From Candidatus Methylomirabilota bacterium (GTDB lineage: Bacteria; Methylomirabilota; Methylomirabilia; Rokubacteriales; CSP1-6): a stretch of DNA of 16,199 nucleotides. Positions 15,029 through 16,199 of the stretch are shown one piece after another. Under the pieces are notes generated by a model that was given only the letters and a program-made list of their open reading frames with translations, was not told where the DNA came from and did no database searches. Within the stretch, counting starts at the first letter, position 1. Each line of letters opens with the position of its first letter. Position numbers and translations under genes: made by a program. The stretch lies in contig JAICGY010000045.1 of assembly GCA_025922915.1 (NCBI GenBank), forward strand, positions 1-16,199, written 5' to 3'.

Positions 15029-15817
15029 ATGACATTGCCGGGGGCGCTGACGATGGCGGTGGCAACCGCGCTGGTCCTGCTGGTCGCGCGCCGCTGGCTG
15101 GTGGAGCGGGTCGTGGTGTACGAGTATCAGCGCGCGGTGCTCTACCGCCGCGGGCGGCGGCTCCGGACGCTCGGCCCGGGCGTCTACTGGCTCGTGCGCG
15201 GGGTGTCGGCGGTGGCGACCGTCGACGCGCGCTCGCGCGTGGCGGTCGTGGCCGGGCAGGAGATCCTGTCGGCGGACAGCGTCCCGTTGCGCCTCAGCGT
15301 CACGCTCCGCTACCGGGTGACGCGCCCGGAATTGGCGATCGAGGTCGCGGCCTCGTTCGCGGACACGCTGCACGCCGAGACGCAGCTGGCGCTGCGGGAT
15401 CTGGTGGCGGCGGTGACCGCCGAGGAGCTGCTGCCCCAGCGGGCGCGCCTGGCCGGAGGCCTGCACGCCGCGCTGGCGCCGCGGGCCGCGGCCCTGGGCC
15501 TGGAGCTGGAGGAGGCCGGCGTGCGCGACGTCACGTTCCCGGCGCCGCTCAAGCAGCTCTTCGCCCAGGTCGTGGAGGCGCGCCAGGCCGCGCAGGCGGC
15601 GCTGGAGAAGGCGCGGGGCGAGACGGCCGTGCTGCGCCACCTCGCGAATGCCGCCCGGCTGCTGGAGAGCAATCCGGCACTGGTCACGCTGCGCACGCTG
15701 GACGCGGCGGCGGCGAGCCGGGGCGCCATCGTGCTGGCGCTGCCGTCCCCGCTCCTGCCCGGGCCGGGGGGAGGCGTTGCCGGCCGGCCGCCGGGGCCGG
15801 AGTCGATCGGTGGATGA
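15029..15817 (+). CDS. SPFH/band-7 (stomatin/prohibitin/flotillin/HflKC) family membrane protein with one N-terminal transmembrane helix
   Basis: The N-terminal hydrophobic helix is AVATALVLLVA. The SPFH core includes VVVYEYQRAVLYRRGRRLRTLGPGVYWLVRG, ILSADSVPLRLSVTLRYRVTRPELAI and QLALRDLVAAVTAEELL. The coiled Ala/Gln-rich C-terminus (QAAQAALEKARGE) is typical of stomatin-like proteins. GAGGAG lies 6 nt upstream of the ATG. The TGA stop at 15815-15817 is 13 nt before the rtcB ATG. Confidence 0.85.
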   Translation: MTLPGALTMAVATALVLLVARRWLVERVVVYEYQRAVLYRRGRRLRTLGPGVYWLVRGVSAVATVDARSRVAVVAGQEILSADSVPLRLSVTLRYRVTRPELAIEVAASFADTLHAETQLALRDLVAAVTAEELLPQRARLAGGLHAALAPRAAALGLELEEAGVRDVTFPAPLKQLFAQVVEARQAAQAALEKARGETAVLRHLANAARLLESNPALVTLRTLDAAAASRGAIVLALPSPLLPGPGGGVAGRPPGPESIGG

Positions 15818-15830
15818 AAGCGAGGGCGTG

Positions 15831-16199
15831 ATGACGAGCGAGCGGACGTACGACGTGATCACGGGCGACGGCGCGGTCCCGATCAAGGCGTGGACCCGCG
15901 GCGTGCCGGTCGAGGCCGAGGCGACGACGCAGCTGCTGAACGTCGCCCGGCTGCCCTTCATCCACCGCTGGGTGGCGGCGATGCCTGACGTGCACTGGGG
16001 GATCGGCGCCACGGTCGGGAGCGTCATCCCGACCGTGGGCGCCGTCATCCCGGCCGCGGTCGGCGTCGACATCGGGTGCGGGATGATGGCGGTGCAGACG
16101 ACGCTCACGGCGAGCGACCTGCCGGAGAGCCTGCGCGAGGTGCGCACGGCGATCGAGCGCGCCGTGCCGCACGGTCGCGCGCCGCGGGGCCGCGATCAC
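15831..16199 (+). CDS. rtcB: RNA-splicing ligase RtcB (3'-phosphate/5'-hydroxyl RNA ligase), N-terminal 123 codons; 3' partial at the window end
   Basis: The translation MTSERTYDVITGDGAVPIKAWTRGVPVEAEATTQLLNVARLPFIHRWVAAMPDVHWGIGATVGSVIPTVGAVIPAAVGVDIGCGMMAV aligns almost residue-for-residue with the E. coli RtcB N-terminus (KMWTKGVPVEADARQQL...MPDVHLGKGSTIGSVIPTKGAIIPAAVGVDIGCGM). This ORF is absent from the supplied track because it runs off the window. Confidence 0.9.
   Translation, partial: MTSERTYDVITGDGAVPIKAWTRGVPVEAEATTQLLNVARLPFIHRWVAAMPDVHWGIGATVGSVIPTVGAVIPAAVGVDIGCGMMAVQTTLTASDLPESLREVRTAIERAVPHGRAPRGRDH

Noticed and set aside
14690-16147. 485-aa minus-strand ORF antisense to the SPFH and rtcB genes
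   Set aside because: It is a low-complexity Arg-rich translation. The plus-strand frames contain clear SPFH and RtcB homology with proper ribosome-binding sites.
1-16199. CRISPR arrays, insertion sequences, integrases, or phage genes
   Set aside because: No regularly spaced direct repeats, no terminal inverted repeats flanking a transposase-like ORF, and no recombinase motifs were seen. GC content is uniformly high except in two short intergenic promoter regions.

Overview
This is a high-GC (~70%) bacterial chromosomal window. The presence of an RtcR-type sigma-54 activator suggests a sigma-54-containing lineage (Myxococcota-like or similar), but taxonomy cannot be fixed from sequence alone. 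I annotated the listed ORFs by reading the translations for family-specific motifs. Many long ORFs in the six-frame track are GC-driven shadow frames and are rejected below. Gene order, with supported coordinates:
- A 5'-truncated FadB/FadJ-type 3-hydroxyacyl-CoA dehydrogenase (1..1244 +).
- A PLD/cardiolipin-synthase family lipoprotein (1315..2568 -).
- A 1084-aa signalling protein combining a double zinc ribbon, a class III nucleotidyl cyclase, a STAND/AAA_16 NTPase and TPR-like repeats (2798..6052 +).
- A translationally coupled thrC / Cys-Met PLP-enzyme pair (7360..8706 - and 6149..7360 -).
- A divergent HD/MIOX-like gene (8773..9513 +) followed by a beta-hydroxyacid dehydrogenase (9564..10472 +).
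- A minus-strand tandem of rtcR (12980..14584), an amidase-signature enzyme (11470..12945) and an NMT1/THI5-like binding protein (10565..11452).
- Divergent from rtcR, a 444-bp non-coding region, then an SPFH/band-7 membrane protein (15029..15817 +) and the 5' part of the RNA ligase rtcB (15831..>16199 +).
The most unusual part is that 444-bp region upstream of the SPFH-rtcB unit. It contains a candidate sigma-54 promoter, a perfect 12-bp hairpin at the predicted transcript 5' end, and an ~85-nt element carrying a canonical tRNA T-arm (GGTTCGAATCC) closed by an 8-bp terminal helix. That position is where rsr and Y-RNA tRNA mimics sit in enterobacterial rtc operons, but no rsr is present here and an SPFH protein is co-encoded with rtcB instead.
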